DNA from: an uncultured Acidobacteriota bacterium
GTDB taxonomy: Bacteria; Acidobacteriota; Thermoanaerobaculia; Multivoradales; UBA5704
Assembly (NCBI GenBank): GCA_963770895.1
Contig: CAVYRF010000002.1
Location: 1,504,001 to 1,568,000, forward strand
Reading direction: 5' to 3'
Length of the DNA stretch: 64,000 nt
Positions within the stretch are counted from its first letter, which is position 1. Each line of letters opens with the position of its first letter. The notes beneath the pieces are model-generated. The model worked only from the letters and a program-made list of their open reading frames with translations. It ran no database searches and was not told the DNA's origin. The translations under genes were made by a program, and so were the position numbers. This document shows, piece by piece, positions 1 to 9,395 of the stretch.

Positions 1-446
1 AGCGCCCCGACCGCGCGCTGCATGGCGGCGGCGTCGACGCGCGCCGGAACCCGCAGCGCAAAGGGCGCGTCGAGCGGCGACAGCACGTCGGCGCGGCTCA
101 TGCGGTAGCAATACTGCTTGGCGCGGGCGGCGCGCCGAGCGTGGAACCCGGCGCCCACCGGCTGCGCCGACAGCACCCGGACGTCCGCCGGCAGCCAGTG
201 GTTGGTGCCGTGGACCAATTTCCGCGGCGGCAGACGCGCCACCCGCTCGGACGGCTGCACGTGCGCCGCCTGGCCGCGGGCGTGGACCCCGGCATCCGTG
301 CGGCTGGCGCCCACCAGGCGCACCGGCGCGCCCAGCAGCTCAGCCATGGCATCCTCCACAACCTGTTGCACGCACAGGGCATTGGCCTGCCATTGCCAGC
401 CGGCGTAGGCGGTGCCGCAATAGGAGAGGGTCAGCAGAACCGACAT
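1..446 (-). CDS. truA: tRNA pseudouridine(38-40) synthase TruA (3' part runs off the window)
   Basis: Manual translation from ATG at 446: MSVLLTLSYCGTAYAGWQWQ...GASRTDAGVHARGQ...GFHAR; contains the TruA YxGxxYxGWQ and RTDAGVHA catalytic motifs. Confidence 0.93.
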   Translation of the reverse strand, partial: MSVLLTLSYCGTAYAGWQWQANALCVQQVVEDAMAELLGAPVRLVGASRTDAGVHARGQAAHVQPSERVARLPPRKLVHGTNHWLPADVRVLSAQPVGAGFHARRAARAKQYCYRMSRADVLSPLDAPFALRVPARVDAAAMQRAVGA

Positions 447-751
447 GGGATCCGGCGGGCAGGCGTCGAGTTTGCATGGCTTGGCGGCAAGCCCATGGAG
501 CGCCGGTCGATCGGTCCGAGGCTTGGCTTGCGCGGCCCAGCCGCTATACTGTTGGCCGCGATCGCGAGCGGGTGGATGTTCGCGCGCTTATTGCGCGTCG
601 TCGGACGGCGTCCAAGGCAAAGGCCGCGAGCGCGGAGCTCCGGCGAGGACAGCGAGTGCGAGGAAGAGACAATGACCCAGGTACGCCGCGATCGACCGCG
701 CGATAGGCGCGATACCGCCCGCTTTGCCGGCGCCAGCGCGGGGCCCGCGCG

Positions 752-2251
752 ATGATCCCGGCAGCTCTGGGGCCGGCGGTGCTGGGCCTCTATTACCTGA
801 TCCTGTCGATCCTGGCTTTCTTCGGCGTCCATCGCCTGTGGATGGTGCTGCTCTACCTGCGCACGCGCAACCACGGCACCCAACGCCCTCCCGATCCTGA
901 AACGTGGCCGCTGGTCACGATCCAGCTGCCACTCTACAACGAGATGTACGTAGCGGCGCGCCTGATTGATTCAGTCTGCCGCCTGGACTACCCGCGCGAC
1001 CGGCTGGAGATCCAGGTGCTCGACGACTCGACCGACGAGACGATCGCCATCGTCGATCGCCTGATCGAGGAGCACCGCGCCGCGGGCATCGACATCAAGG
1101 TGGTGCGGCGGGCGGAGCGCACCGGCTTCAAGGCCGGCGCCCTGGCCCACGGCCTCACCCTGGCGCGCGGCGAGCTGCTGGCGGTGTTCGACGCCGATTT
1201 CGTGCCGCAGGCCGAGTTCCTGCGCCTGTCGGTGCCCTACTTTGCCGATCCGCGCATCGGCCTGGTGCAGGGGCGCTGGATGCACATCAACCGCGGGTAT
1301 TCGCTGCTGACGCGGGTGCAGTCGATCTTCCTCGACGGGCACTTCCTGATCGAGCACATCGCCCGCAACCGCAGCAACTGCTTTTTCAACTTCAACGGCA
1401 CCGCCGGCATCTGGCGGCGCGACGCGATCGTGCAGGGCGGCGGCTGGGAGCACGACACCCTGACCGAGGACCTCGACCTATCCTACCGGGCGCAGCTGAT
1501 CGGCTGGAAGTTCATCTACCTGCCCGAGCTGGCCGTGCCGTCCGAGCTGCCGGTGGACGTCAACGGCTTCAAGACCCAGCAGTACCGCTGGGCCAAGGGC
1601 GCCATCCAGACCGGCCGCAAGCTGATCGGCAGGGTGCTGCGGGCGCCGCTGCCGCTGCGCGTCAAGTTCGAGGCGTTCGTCCATCTCACCAACAACATCA
1701 GCTATCCGCTGATGCTGCTGCTGTCGCTGCTGATCTTCCCGGCCATGCTGCTGCGCCACGGCAATACGCCGCGCATGCTGCTGCTGGTGGACCTGCCCTT
1801 GTTCCTGTCGGCGACGCTGTCGGTGCTGGTCTTCTACCTGATGAGCCAGGTGGCGGCGGGCACCGGCTGGCGCAAGCAGATCCGTTACCTGCCGGCGCTG
1901 ATGGGCCTGGGCATCGGCCTTTCGGTGGTGAACGCCCACGCCGTGCTGACCGGCCTGGTGCAGCGCGGCGGCGTGTTCCTGCGCACGCCCAAGTACAGCA
2001 TCGAAAGCCGCGGCCAGGACTGGCGCCGCAAGCGCTATCGCGCCGGCGTCAGCTCTTCGTTCGTCACCGAAGCCGCGCTGGGCGTCTACTTCGTCTTCTG
2101 CACGCTGTACGCCGCGCTGCACGGCATGTGGCTTTCGGTCCCCTTCCTGCTGCTGTTCGTGCAAGGTTACGGCTACATGGCGCTGCTCTCGATCCTGCCG
2201 GCGCTCGACGGTCTGCGCCTGGCGCGCACCGGAGCCAGCTGGCAGAGCTGA
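752..2251 (+). CDS. Glycosyltransferase family 2, cellulose-synthase-like membrane enzyme
   Basis: QLPLYNE, DDSTD, KAGAL, FDADF, TEDLDLS and QQYRW (QxxRW) motifs of processive GT2 enzymes, with N- and C-terminal TM helices. Confidence 0.92.
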   Translation: MIPAALGPAVLGLYYLILSILAFFGVHRLWMVLLYLRTRNHGTQRPPDPETWPLVTIQLPLYNEMYVAARLIDSVCRLDYPRDRLEIQVLDDSTDETIAIVDRLIEEHRAAGIDIKVVRRAERTGFKAGALAHGLTLARGELLAVFDADFVPQAEFLRLSVPYFADPRIGLVQGRWMHINRGYSLLTRVQSIFLDGHFLIEHIARNRSNCFFNFNGTAGIWRRDAIVQGGGWEHDTLTEDLDLSYRAQLIGWKFIYLPELAVPSELPVDVNGFKTQQYRWAKGAIQTGRKLIGRVLRAPLPLRVKFEAFVHLTNNISYPLMLLLSLLIFPAMLLRHGNTPRMLLLVDLPLFLSATLSVLVFYLMSQVAAGTGWRKQIRYLPALMGLGIGLSVVNAHAVLTGLVQRGGVFLRTPKYSIESRGQDWRRKRYRAGVSSSFVTEAALGVYFVFCTLYAALHGMWLSVPFLLLFVQGYGYMALLSILPALDGLRLARTGASWQS

Positions 2252-2307
2252 TCGGCCCATGGATGCCACACCCGGCACGCGCCAGGCATATGCAGGCATA
2301 GAATGAA

Positions 2308-2862
2308 TTGATGTTTGCCGAGCGCACCTCCTCGCCGGTCGTGACGCTGCGGCCGGCGGCGCCGCGCGACGCGGAGCTGCTGCGGCTGTGGCGCTCCGAA
2401 ACCAGCGTGCGCCGCTTCCAGCCGCTCAACGACCTGCCGACCTCGCAGCTGCGCGCCGACGTGGCCAGCCAGCGGATGTCCGAGCTGTACCGCGGCCAGG
2501 GCGACAAGTTCCAATGGATCGTGCAGGTGGACGGCCAGCCGGCGGGGTGGATCACGCTGGTGGTGAGCAATTGGGAGCACGGCCTGTCGGAAGTCGGCTA
2601 TGCGCTGTCGAGCGCCTTTCAGGCGCGCGGCCTGATGACCGAAGCCCTGGGCCTGCTGCTCGCCGACCTGTTCACCAACACCAACCTGGAGCGCATCGAA
2701 GCGCGCTGCGCGGTCGAAAACGACGCCTCCAGGCGGGTGTTGGAAAAGAACGGCTTCCGCCTGGAGGGCCAGCTGCGCGGCTACTTCAAGCTGCGCGGCC
2801 GCCGCGTCGACAACTACCTGTTCGCGCTGCTGCGCGAGGAATACACCCTGCCGCGCCGCTAG
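2308..2862 (+). CDS. GNAT N-acetyltransferase, RimJ/RimL family
   Basis: EVGYAL...FQARGLMTEAL...ENDASRRVLEKNGF..EG pattern typical of RimJ/RimL. Confidence 0.88.
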   Translation: MMFAERTSSPVVTLRPAAPRDAELLRLWRSETSVRRFQPLNDLPTSQLRADVASQRMSELYRGQGDKFQWIVQVDGQPAGWITLVVSNWEHGLSEVGYALSSAFQARGLMTEALGLLLADLFTNTNLERIEARCAVENDASRRVLEKNGFRLEGQLRGYFKLRGRRVDNYLFALLREEYTLPRR

Positions 2863-5256
2863 TCACAGCACTTCGAGGTTGGCGTAGCGGGCGATCAGCT
2901 TGCGCTTGCCGGTCTTGTCAAAAAAGACCGTGATCTTGGCCTCTTCCCCCTGCCCTTCCAGCTCCAGCACCACGCCGTGGCCGAGCGACGGATGGCGCAC
3001 CCGGCTGCCGCGGCGCAGCCGCTGGCGCTGGGGGCCCGGCGCCGCATCGCCGCCGTCTCCGTCGGGGTCGGGGACCACCCGGCGCCCCGCCGGCGAAGGC
3101 TGGCCGGTGCGCGCCGGCTGGCGGTAGCCGCCGCCGGACCACGCCGGGGCCGACCCCGGCCGGCCGACCCCCGCGGCCCCACCGCCGGTCGAGCGGCCGC
3201 CGCCGGCGGCGCCGGCGCCGCCCGGAGCCGCGCCGCCCGCCGGACCGCCGCCGAAGAACGAATAGATCCCCTGGGCGCGGGAGTCGTAGCGCGGCGCGGC
3301 GAACAGCGTCGGGCTCTGCCGCACGTCCATCAGCTCGCCGGGCAGCTCGGCCAGAAAGGGCGACTCCATCTGGTCCTGGTAGCGGCCGGCGATCCGCCGC
3401 CGGCCGCAGCACGTCAGCAGCAGCCGCTCGCGCGCGCGGGTCATCCCCACGTACAGCAGGCGGCGCTCCTCTTCGATGTTTTCGGGCTGCCCCTGGGAGT
3501 TGAAATGCGGCAGCAGCCCGTCCTCCAGCCCGGTCACCACCACCACCCTGAATTCCAGCCCCTTGGCGCTGTGCAGCGTCATCAGCGAGATGCCGCGTTC
3601 GCCCTGGTAGGAATCCAGGTCGCTGACCAGCGACACGTGGTCCAGGAAGGCGGTCAACAGGTCGGGGTCGCTGCTGTTGTAGCTGTTGGCCTCGGTGAAG
3701 CCCTGCGCCGCCGACAGGAACTCGCGGATGTTTTCCAGCCGCGCCTGGTCGTCGGGGTCGTCCTGGCGATAGAGATCGGCGTAGCCGGTCGCCGCCAGCA
3801 GGCGATCCAGCAGGGCCGGCAGCGGCAGCTCGGCGGCGTCCTGCTGCAACCCCACGATCAGCTCGCGGAAGCGGCCCACGGCGGCGGCGCTGCGCGCCGG
3901 CAGCCCCCCCAGCTGCTCCAGGTACACCACGTCCCACAGCGTCTGCCCGAGCTGCAGGGCCTGGTCGCGCAGCAGCTCCAGCGTCGACTTGCCGATGCCG
4001 CGCGGCGGCTGGTTGACGATCCGCGCCAGCGAGAAGTTGTCGCGCGGGTTGCGCAGCACGCGCAGGTAGGCCACCAGATCCTTGATCTCGGAGCGGTCGT
4101 AGAAGCGGACGCCGCCGACCAGGGCGTACGGAATCTCGCGCTTGAGCAGCTCTTCTTCAATGGCGCGGGTCTGCGCGTTGGTGCGCACCAGGACCCCCAT
4201 GTCGCGCAGCTTCACCTGCCGGCTGGCCGACTGCAGGGTGTCCACCACCCAGGCCGCCTCCTCCAGCTCGTCGGCCGCCCGGTAGAGCTCGACCTTGGCG
4301 CCGCTGCCGCTGTCGGTCCACAGCGTCTTGCCGCGGCGGTTGCGGTTGTGGGCGATGAGGGCGCCCGACACGTCCAGGATGGTCTGCGTCGAGCGGTAGT
4401 TCCGCTCCAGCTTGCGGATGGTGGCGCCGGGGAAGACGGTTTCGAAGTTCAGGATGTTGTCCAGGTCGGCGCCGCGCCAGCGGTAGATGCCCTGGTCCTC
4501 GTCGCCCACCGCCGTCAGGTTGCCGTCGTCGCCCGCCAGCTCCTGGATGAGGCGCAGCTGGGCGTGGTTGGTGTCCTGGTATTCGTCCACCAGCAGGTGG
4601 CGGGTGCGGGCCCGCACCCGCGCCCGCACCTCGGGGTCGGTCGCCAGGAGCTTGACCGCCATCGCGATCAGGTCGTCGAAATCGACTCCCGACGCCTGCA
4701 GCAGCAGCCCCTGGTAGCGGCGGTAGAGCGCCGCGACCTTCTTTTCGAAGAAGTTGTGCGCCGCCGACTCGTAGGCCGCGGGCTCGATCAGGCGGTTCTT
4801 GGCGGCGCTGATCTGAGCCAGCACCGCGCGCGGCGAAAACGCCGTTTCGGCCAGCCCTTCGGTGGCCAGCGCCTCCTTGATCAACGCCAGCTGGTCGGCG
4901 GCGTCGTGCACCGCGAAGTCGCGCTTGACGCCCGCCCGCTCGCCGTAGCGCCGCAGCAGCAGCAGGGCGAAGCGGTGAAAAGTGCCGACCGACGCCGGCA
5001 GGGGGTGCAGCCCGAGCAGGTCTTCGACCCGCTCGCGCATCTCGGCGGCGGCCTTGTTGGTGAAGGTGACGGCGGTGATGTGGCCGGGATCGACGCCGCG
5101 CTCCTCCACCAGCCACGAGATCCGATAGGTTATGACGCGGGTCTTGCCCGACCCGGCGCCCGCCAGGACCAGCTGCGGGCCGTCGCCGTGGGTGACGGCG
5201 GCGATCTGCTCGGCGTTGAGGTGGCGGGCAAGGTCGGCTGTGGCGCGGCTGCTCAC
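2863..5256 (-). CDS. uvrD: ATP-dependent DNA helicase UvrD/PcrA
   Basis: AGAGSGKT Walker A, TFTNKAA, VDEYQDTN, VGDEDQGIYRWRGA, NYRST, TLHSAKGLEF, EEERRLLYVGMTRA; C-terminal Tudor-like VRHPSLGHG. Confidence 0.95.
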   Translation of the reverse strand: MSSRATADLARHLNAEQIAAVTHGDGPQLVLAGAGSGKTRVITYRISWLVEERGVDPGHITAVTFTNKAAAEMRERVEDLLGLHPLPASVGTFHRFALLLLRRYGERAGVKRDFAVHDAADQLALIKEALATEGLAETAFSPRAVLAQISAAKNRLIEPAAYESAAHNFFEKKVAALYRRYQGLLLQASGVDFDDLIAMAVKLLATDPEVRARVRARTRHLLVDEYQDTNHAQLRLIQELAGDDGNLTAVGDEDQGIYRWRGADLDNILNFETVFPGATIRKLERNYRSTQTILDVSGALIAHNRNRRGKTLWTDSGSGAKVELYRAADELEEAAWVVDTLQSASRQVKLRDMGVLVRTNAQTRAIEEELLKREIPYALVGGVRFYDRSEIKDLVAYLRVLRNPRDNFSLARIVNQPPRGIGKSTLELLRDQALQLGQTLWDVVYLEQLGGLPARSAAAVGRFRELIVGLQQDAAELPLPALLDRLLAATGYADLYRQDDPDDQARLENIREFLSAAQGFTEANSYNSSDPDLLTAFLDHVSLVSDLDSYQGERGISLMTLHSAKGLEFRVVVVTGLEDGLLPHFNSQGQPENIEEERRLLYVGMTRARERLLLTCCGRRRIAGRYQDQMESPFLAELPGELMDVRQSPTLFAAPRYDSRAQGIYSFFGGGPAGGAAPGGAGAAGGGRSTGGGAAGVGRPGSAPAWSGGGYRQPARTGQPSPAGRRVVPDPDGDGGDAAPGPQRQRLRRGSRVRHPSLGHGVVLELEGQGEEAKITVFFDKTGKRKLIARYANLEVL

Positions 5257-5427
5257 CGGCGGAGTTTGTCCGACCCCCGCATGGATGGCAAGCGGCGCTG
5301 GCGCGTATGCACGCGTAGATGGGGGAATCGGCGCCGCGGTGGCGCGGTTCTCACCATCGCTCGGCGCCCGCCGAGGTCAGGGCCGCCGCGCCGGCACGGC
5401 CGGCGCATCCGGCGCAGGAAGGGAGAT

Positions 5428-6525
5428 ATGAAACCCGTCGATATCTACAATGAGATGGAAACCCAGGTCATCGGCCAGCAGGAGGCGCTGCGCTTCGTGT
5501 CGGTCGCCATCTTCAAGCACCTGGAGGGCGAGCGGTACGGCAACCTCCTGCTGATCGGCAACTCCGGCACCGGCAAGACCACCATCATGCGCGCCATCGA
5601 GTCGCTGTACTCCAACCACGACGACCTGGCGGAGTACCGCGTGGTGATGATCATGAACGCCAACACCTTTGCCACCGACGAGGGCGCGGTCGACACCAGC
5701 CGCCTGTTCGTCCGCCTCGAAGAGAAGGTGCGCCAGGTGGTGGGCCCCGGCGCCTCGGCCGAGCAGATCGGCCGCATGATGGAGCGCGCCACCGTCTGCC
5801 TCGACGAGATCGACAAGGTGTCGGGCATGGTCGGCGGCAAGCCCTACGTCACCGGCATCAACATCCAGCAGGCGCTGCTCACCCTGATCGAGGGCGAGCT
5901 GGTGCCGCGGCAGATCACCGGCATCGAAAACGGCGTTCCCCAGGCGCGCTCGGTGTGGGTGGACACCAGCAAGATGCTGTTCCTGTGCGCCGGCGCGTTC
6001 GAAACCCTGTACGACCAGGTCTTCGCGCGCGTCGTGTCGCCCAAGAGCGGCACCAAGCTGCCCACCGTCACCACCTACGTCAACGGCAAGATCCAGATCC
6101 GCGAATACTTCACCCTGCGCCACCACTTCCGCCAGGAGGACCTCTTCGAGTACGGCATGCAGCCGCAGTTCCTGTCGCGCTTCGACAACGCCGTCATCCT
6201 GGAAGACCTCAACCCGGCGCTGCTGTCGCGCATCTTCACCGAGCCCGAAAACAGCGTGCTGCGCACCTCGCAGGGCTTCTTCCGCCGCTACAACATCGAC
6301 CTCCAGGTCACCGACCAGGCGGTGCAGCGGATCGCCGAAGAGGCCGCCAAGAGCAGCCGTATCGGCGCCCGCGCCCTCAAGTCGATCTACGGCCGCATCA
6401 TCAAGCCGTTCGAATTCGACCCGTTTTCCCACTCCCAGGTGCAGCCGCTGGGCGAAGACGGCGAGGGCTACCGGCTGGTCATCGACGACGGACTGGTCGC
6501 CAACACCCTCAAGCCGCCGATCTGA
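5428..6525 (+). CDS. ClpX/HslU-like AAA+ ATPase lacking the N-terminal Zn-binding domain
   Basis: RBS AGGAAGGGAG before ATG 5428; VIGQQEA, NLLLIGNSGTGKT, LDEIDK, IQQALLTLIEG, LFLCAGAF, IGARAL. The 1182-aa ORF in the track is an overextension across uvrD. Confidence 0.85.
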   Translation: MKPVDIYNEMETQVIGQQEALRFVSVAIFKHLEGERYGNLLLIGNSGTGKTTIMRAIESLYSNHDDLAEYRVVMIMNANTFATDEGAVDTSRLFVRLEEKVRQVVGPGASAEQIGRMMERATVCLDEIDKVSGMVGGKPYVTGINIQQALLTLIEGELVPRQITGIENGVPQARSVWVDTSKMLFLCAGAFETLYDQVFARVVSPKSGTKLPTVTTYVNGKIQIREYFTLRHHFRQEDLFEYGMQPQFLSRFDNAVILEDLNPALLSRIFTEPENSVLRTSQGFFRRYNIDLQVTDQAVQRIAEEAAKSSRIGARALKSIYGRIIKPFEFDPFSHSQVQPLGEDGEGYRLVIDDGLVANTLKPPI

Positions 6526-6560
6526 CCGCCGGCGGCTGACCGGCGGCGCGCGTCACAACG

Positions 6561-8681
6561 ATGTCGCGGTCGCTTACAATCGCCACCATGACAAGCCTTG
6601 ACATCGAGCAAGCCGTGATCACGCAGGGCGGCGCCGCGGCCGGCGCGCGCGAGCGCGCCATCGACCACTTGGTGCAGGCGCACGGCGCGCAGCACGGCGG
6701 CCGCATCCGCACCGGGGTGACCCAGGTCGCCGACCGCTGGTGGCCCCAGGACGGCGACGATCAGCAGTTCGTGGAGTTCTGCGCCGGCGCCTTTCAATCC
6801 GACCCGCAGGCGCTCGACGCCGCCTTCGACCGCCTGCAGCAGGTGATGGAACAGGTGGACGGCCACCTGCACGAGGTGCGGCGGGAGGTGCTGCTGCCCC
6901 TGGACGTGGAGCGCGCGCCGCACGCTCCGCCCTCGCCGGTCGACCGGCTGCTGGTCGACCTGGACCTGGCGCCGCACGTGGACGAAGACCTGTTTCGCGG
7001 CAAGGTCGCCTTTTTCGCGCTGCTCAACTTCCCGGTGCACACGCTGCGCGAGCGCTTGGCCTTGAGCAGCGCAGCCGGCGGCTGGGACCGCGCCACCTGG
7101 GCGCGCTCGCGCATGATGGACCGCTTCGCCTGGCGCGTGCCGGCAGCGGTCTGGCAGACGGTGACGCGGGCGCTGACCGCGGCCGAGGAGTACATCAACT
7201 CCTACTACATCCGCATGGACCGCCTGGTGGACGCCCAAGGCGAGCTGCCCTTCCCCGAAGGGCTGCGGCTGATCAGCCACTGGGGGCTGCGCGACGAGCT
7301 GCGCGGGCATTACGCGGACCCCGATCGCGACGCCGCGCTGTCCGCCCAACGGCTCATCGTCCGCGTCATGGAGCGCATCATCCGGCAGGAGATCCCGGCG
7401 GCGGTCATCGACAACCCCGACCTGCTGTGGGAACCCGACAGCAACCTGGTGACGCCCTGGCCCGGCGGCGACGCGGCCGGCACTCCCGGCGCGCCGGCCC
7501 CGGCCGCGCGCGAGGAGGACCGCCGCTACGCCCATCTGCTCAGCCAGTTTGCGGCCAATCGCGAGCTGGATCCCTATACGCCGACGGCGCCCAGCCTGCG
7601 GGCGCGGCGCTTCGAATCCGAGCGCCAGATCCCGGAAGAAGAAGTCGAGGCCCTGCTGGTCTCGGTTCTGGAGGCGCCTGAGATCGACGGCCTGGCGGGC
7701 CGCATCGCCGCGCGCCTGGGCCGCCCGCTGGAGCCGTTCGACATCTGGTATTCCGGCTTCAAGGCGCGCCGCGGCCACTCCCAGGGCGACCTGGACGCGC
7801 GCGTGCGCCAGATCTACCCCACCGTCGCCGCCTTCAAGAGCGGCCTGCCGGACCTGCTGATGCGGCTTGGCTTTGCCGCCGACCGGGCGGCGTGGCTGGC
7901 CGAGCGCATCGAAGTCGATCCGGCGCGCGGCGCCGGCCACGCCATGCCCGCGATACGGCGCCAGGACCACGCGCACCTGCGCACGCGGGTGGGGCAGGGG
8001 GGCATGGACTACCAGGGGTACAACGTCGCGATGCACGAGCTCGGCCACAACGTCGAGCAGGTCTTTTCGCTCAACGGCATCGACCACTGGTGGTTGGCCG
8101 GGGTGCCCAACAACGCCTTCACCGAGGCCTTCGCCTTCACCTTTCAGGAGCGCGACCTGGAGCTGCTCGGCCTGGCCGAGCCGCGCGCCTCGGCCGGCGC
8201 GACCAGCAACGCCGCCGCCTTTCACGCCCACGCCCAGGCGATGCTGTGGAACACCTACGAGATCGCCGGCGTGTCGCTGGTCGACATGCAGGTGTGGCGC
8301 TGGCTGTACGCCAACCCCGACGCCACGCCGGCGGCGGCGCGCGAAGCGGTGCGGCGCATCGCCCGCGACGTCTGGAATCGCTGGTTCGCGCCGCGCCTGG
8401 GCAGTCCCGACTGCGAGATCCTGGCGATCTACTCGCACATGATCGCCTACGCCCTCTACCTGCCGGACTACGCGCTCGGCCATATCGTCGCCTTCCAGCT
8501 GGCGGCACGGCTGCAGCGGCTGCAGGGCACGGACTGGGGCGCCGAGATCGAGCGCACCACCCGCCAGGGGCGCCTCACCCCCGATGCCTGGATCCGCGGC
8601 GCCGTCGGCGGCCCGCTGTCGGCCGAAGCGCTGCTCGGCGCCGCCCGCGCGGCGCTGGCGGCGCCCGACGACGGCGGCTAG
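6561..8681 (+). CDS. Putative gluzincin (M3/M32-like) zinc metallopeptidase
   Basis: HELGH (HExxH) followed by NNAFTEAFAF (third ligand E) and a C-terminal SHMIAYALYLPDY segment; start may be ATG 6588. Confidence 0.65.
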   Translation: MSRSLTIATMTSLDIEQAVITQGGAAAGARERAIDHLVQAHGAQHGGRIRTGVTQVADRWWPQDGDDQQFVEFCAGAFQSDPQALDAAFDRLQQVMEQVDGHLHEVRREVLLPLDVERAPHAPPSPVDRLLVDLDLAPHVDEDLFRGKVAFFALLNFPVHTLRERLALSSAAGGWDRATWARSRMMDRFAWRVPAAVWQTVTRALTAAEEYINSYYIRMDRLVDAQGELPFPEGLRLISHWGLRDELRGHYADPDRDAALSAQRLIVRVMERIIRQEIPAAVIDNPDLLWEPDSNLVTPWPGGDAAGTPGAPAPAAREEDRRYAHLLSQFAANRELDPYTPTAPSLRARRFESERQIPEEEVEALLVSVLEAPEIDGLAGRIAARLGRPLEPFDIWYSGFKARRGHSQGDLDARVRQIYPTVAAFKSGLPDLLMRLGFAADRAAWLAERIEVDPARGAGHAMPAIRRQDHAHLRTRVGQGGMDYQGYNVAMHELGHNVEQVFSLNGIDHWWLAGVPNNAFTEAFAFTFQERDLELLGLAEPRASAGATSNAAAFHAHAQAMLWNTYEIAGVSLVDMQVWRWLYANPDATPAAAREAVRRIARDVWNRWFAPRLGSPDCEILAIYSHMIAYALYLPDYALGHIVAFQLAARLQRLQGTDWGAEIERTTRQGRLTPDAWIRGAVGGPLSAEALLGAARAALAAPDDGG

Positions 8682-9388
8682 CCGCAGTAGCGGGTGAGGG
8701 CGGCGCGGTCCAGGACGTGGATGCGGTGGTCGGAATCGACGGCGATCAGGCCGCGCTGCTTGAAGTCCACGATGGCCTGGTTGACCCGCTCGCGCGACGC
8801 GCCGACGACCTCCCCCAGGTCGCTCTGCGTCAGGCGCAGCGGGATCTTGGTCGGACCGCCGGCCGCCGCTTCCCCGGCGGGCGGCTGGCCGTAACGGTCG
8901 GCCAGCGCCAGGATCTGGCGCGCCACGCGGCCGGGCACGTCCAACGTGCACAGCGCCTGGATCTGTTCGTTGGCGAAGCGCAGGCGGCGCGACAGCAGGC
9001 GCACCAGGTTGTTGGCGAGCGGCGCCATGACGCGCAGGCAGGACTGGAACGAGGCGCGGTCCAGCCACAGCAGGCGGGACGGCTCGGTGGTCACCACGTT
9101 GGCGGAGCGGCCGGCGCTGTCGACCAGGCTCATTTCGCCCACCGTGTCGCCGGGACCCAGAAAGGCCAGGATGACCTCGCGGCCGTCGGACTGGCTGACG
9201 TAGATCTTGACCGTGCCCTGCAGCAGCACGTAGACCACTTCGCCCGGCTGCTCGGCGGTGATGAAGTTGGCGCCGGCGGGCACGCTGCTGGCGTGCAGGA
9301 GCTGGTTGAGCCGCACCAGCTGATCCGCTTCCAACCCCTGGAACAGCTCGAGGTCTCCAAGCCTGTTCGGGTCGGCGACGGCTCCCAT
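8678..9388 (-). CDS. Crp/Fnr family transcriptional regulator
   Basis: cNMP-binding GEMSLVD...RSANV and C-terminal HTH LTQSDLGEVVGASRERVNQAI. Confidence 0.93.
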   Translation of the reverse strand: MGAVADPNRLGDLELFQGLEADQLVRLNQLLHASSVPAGANFITAEQPGEVVYVLLQGTVKIYVSQSDGREVILAFLGPGDTVGEMSLVDSAGRSANVVTTEPSRLLWLDRASFQSCLRVMAPLANNLVRLLSRRLRFANEQIQALCTLDVPGRVARQILALADRYGQPPAGEAAAGGPTKIPLRLTQSDLGEVVGASRERVNQAIVDFKQRGLIAVDSDHRIHVLDRAALTRYCG

Positions 9389-9395
9389 GGCACCC

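Noticed and set aside
2977-5427. N-terminal ~800 aa of the 1182-aa plus-strand ORF
   Set aside because: Antisense shadow of uvrD; the real gene starts at ATG 5428 behind an RBS.
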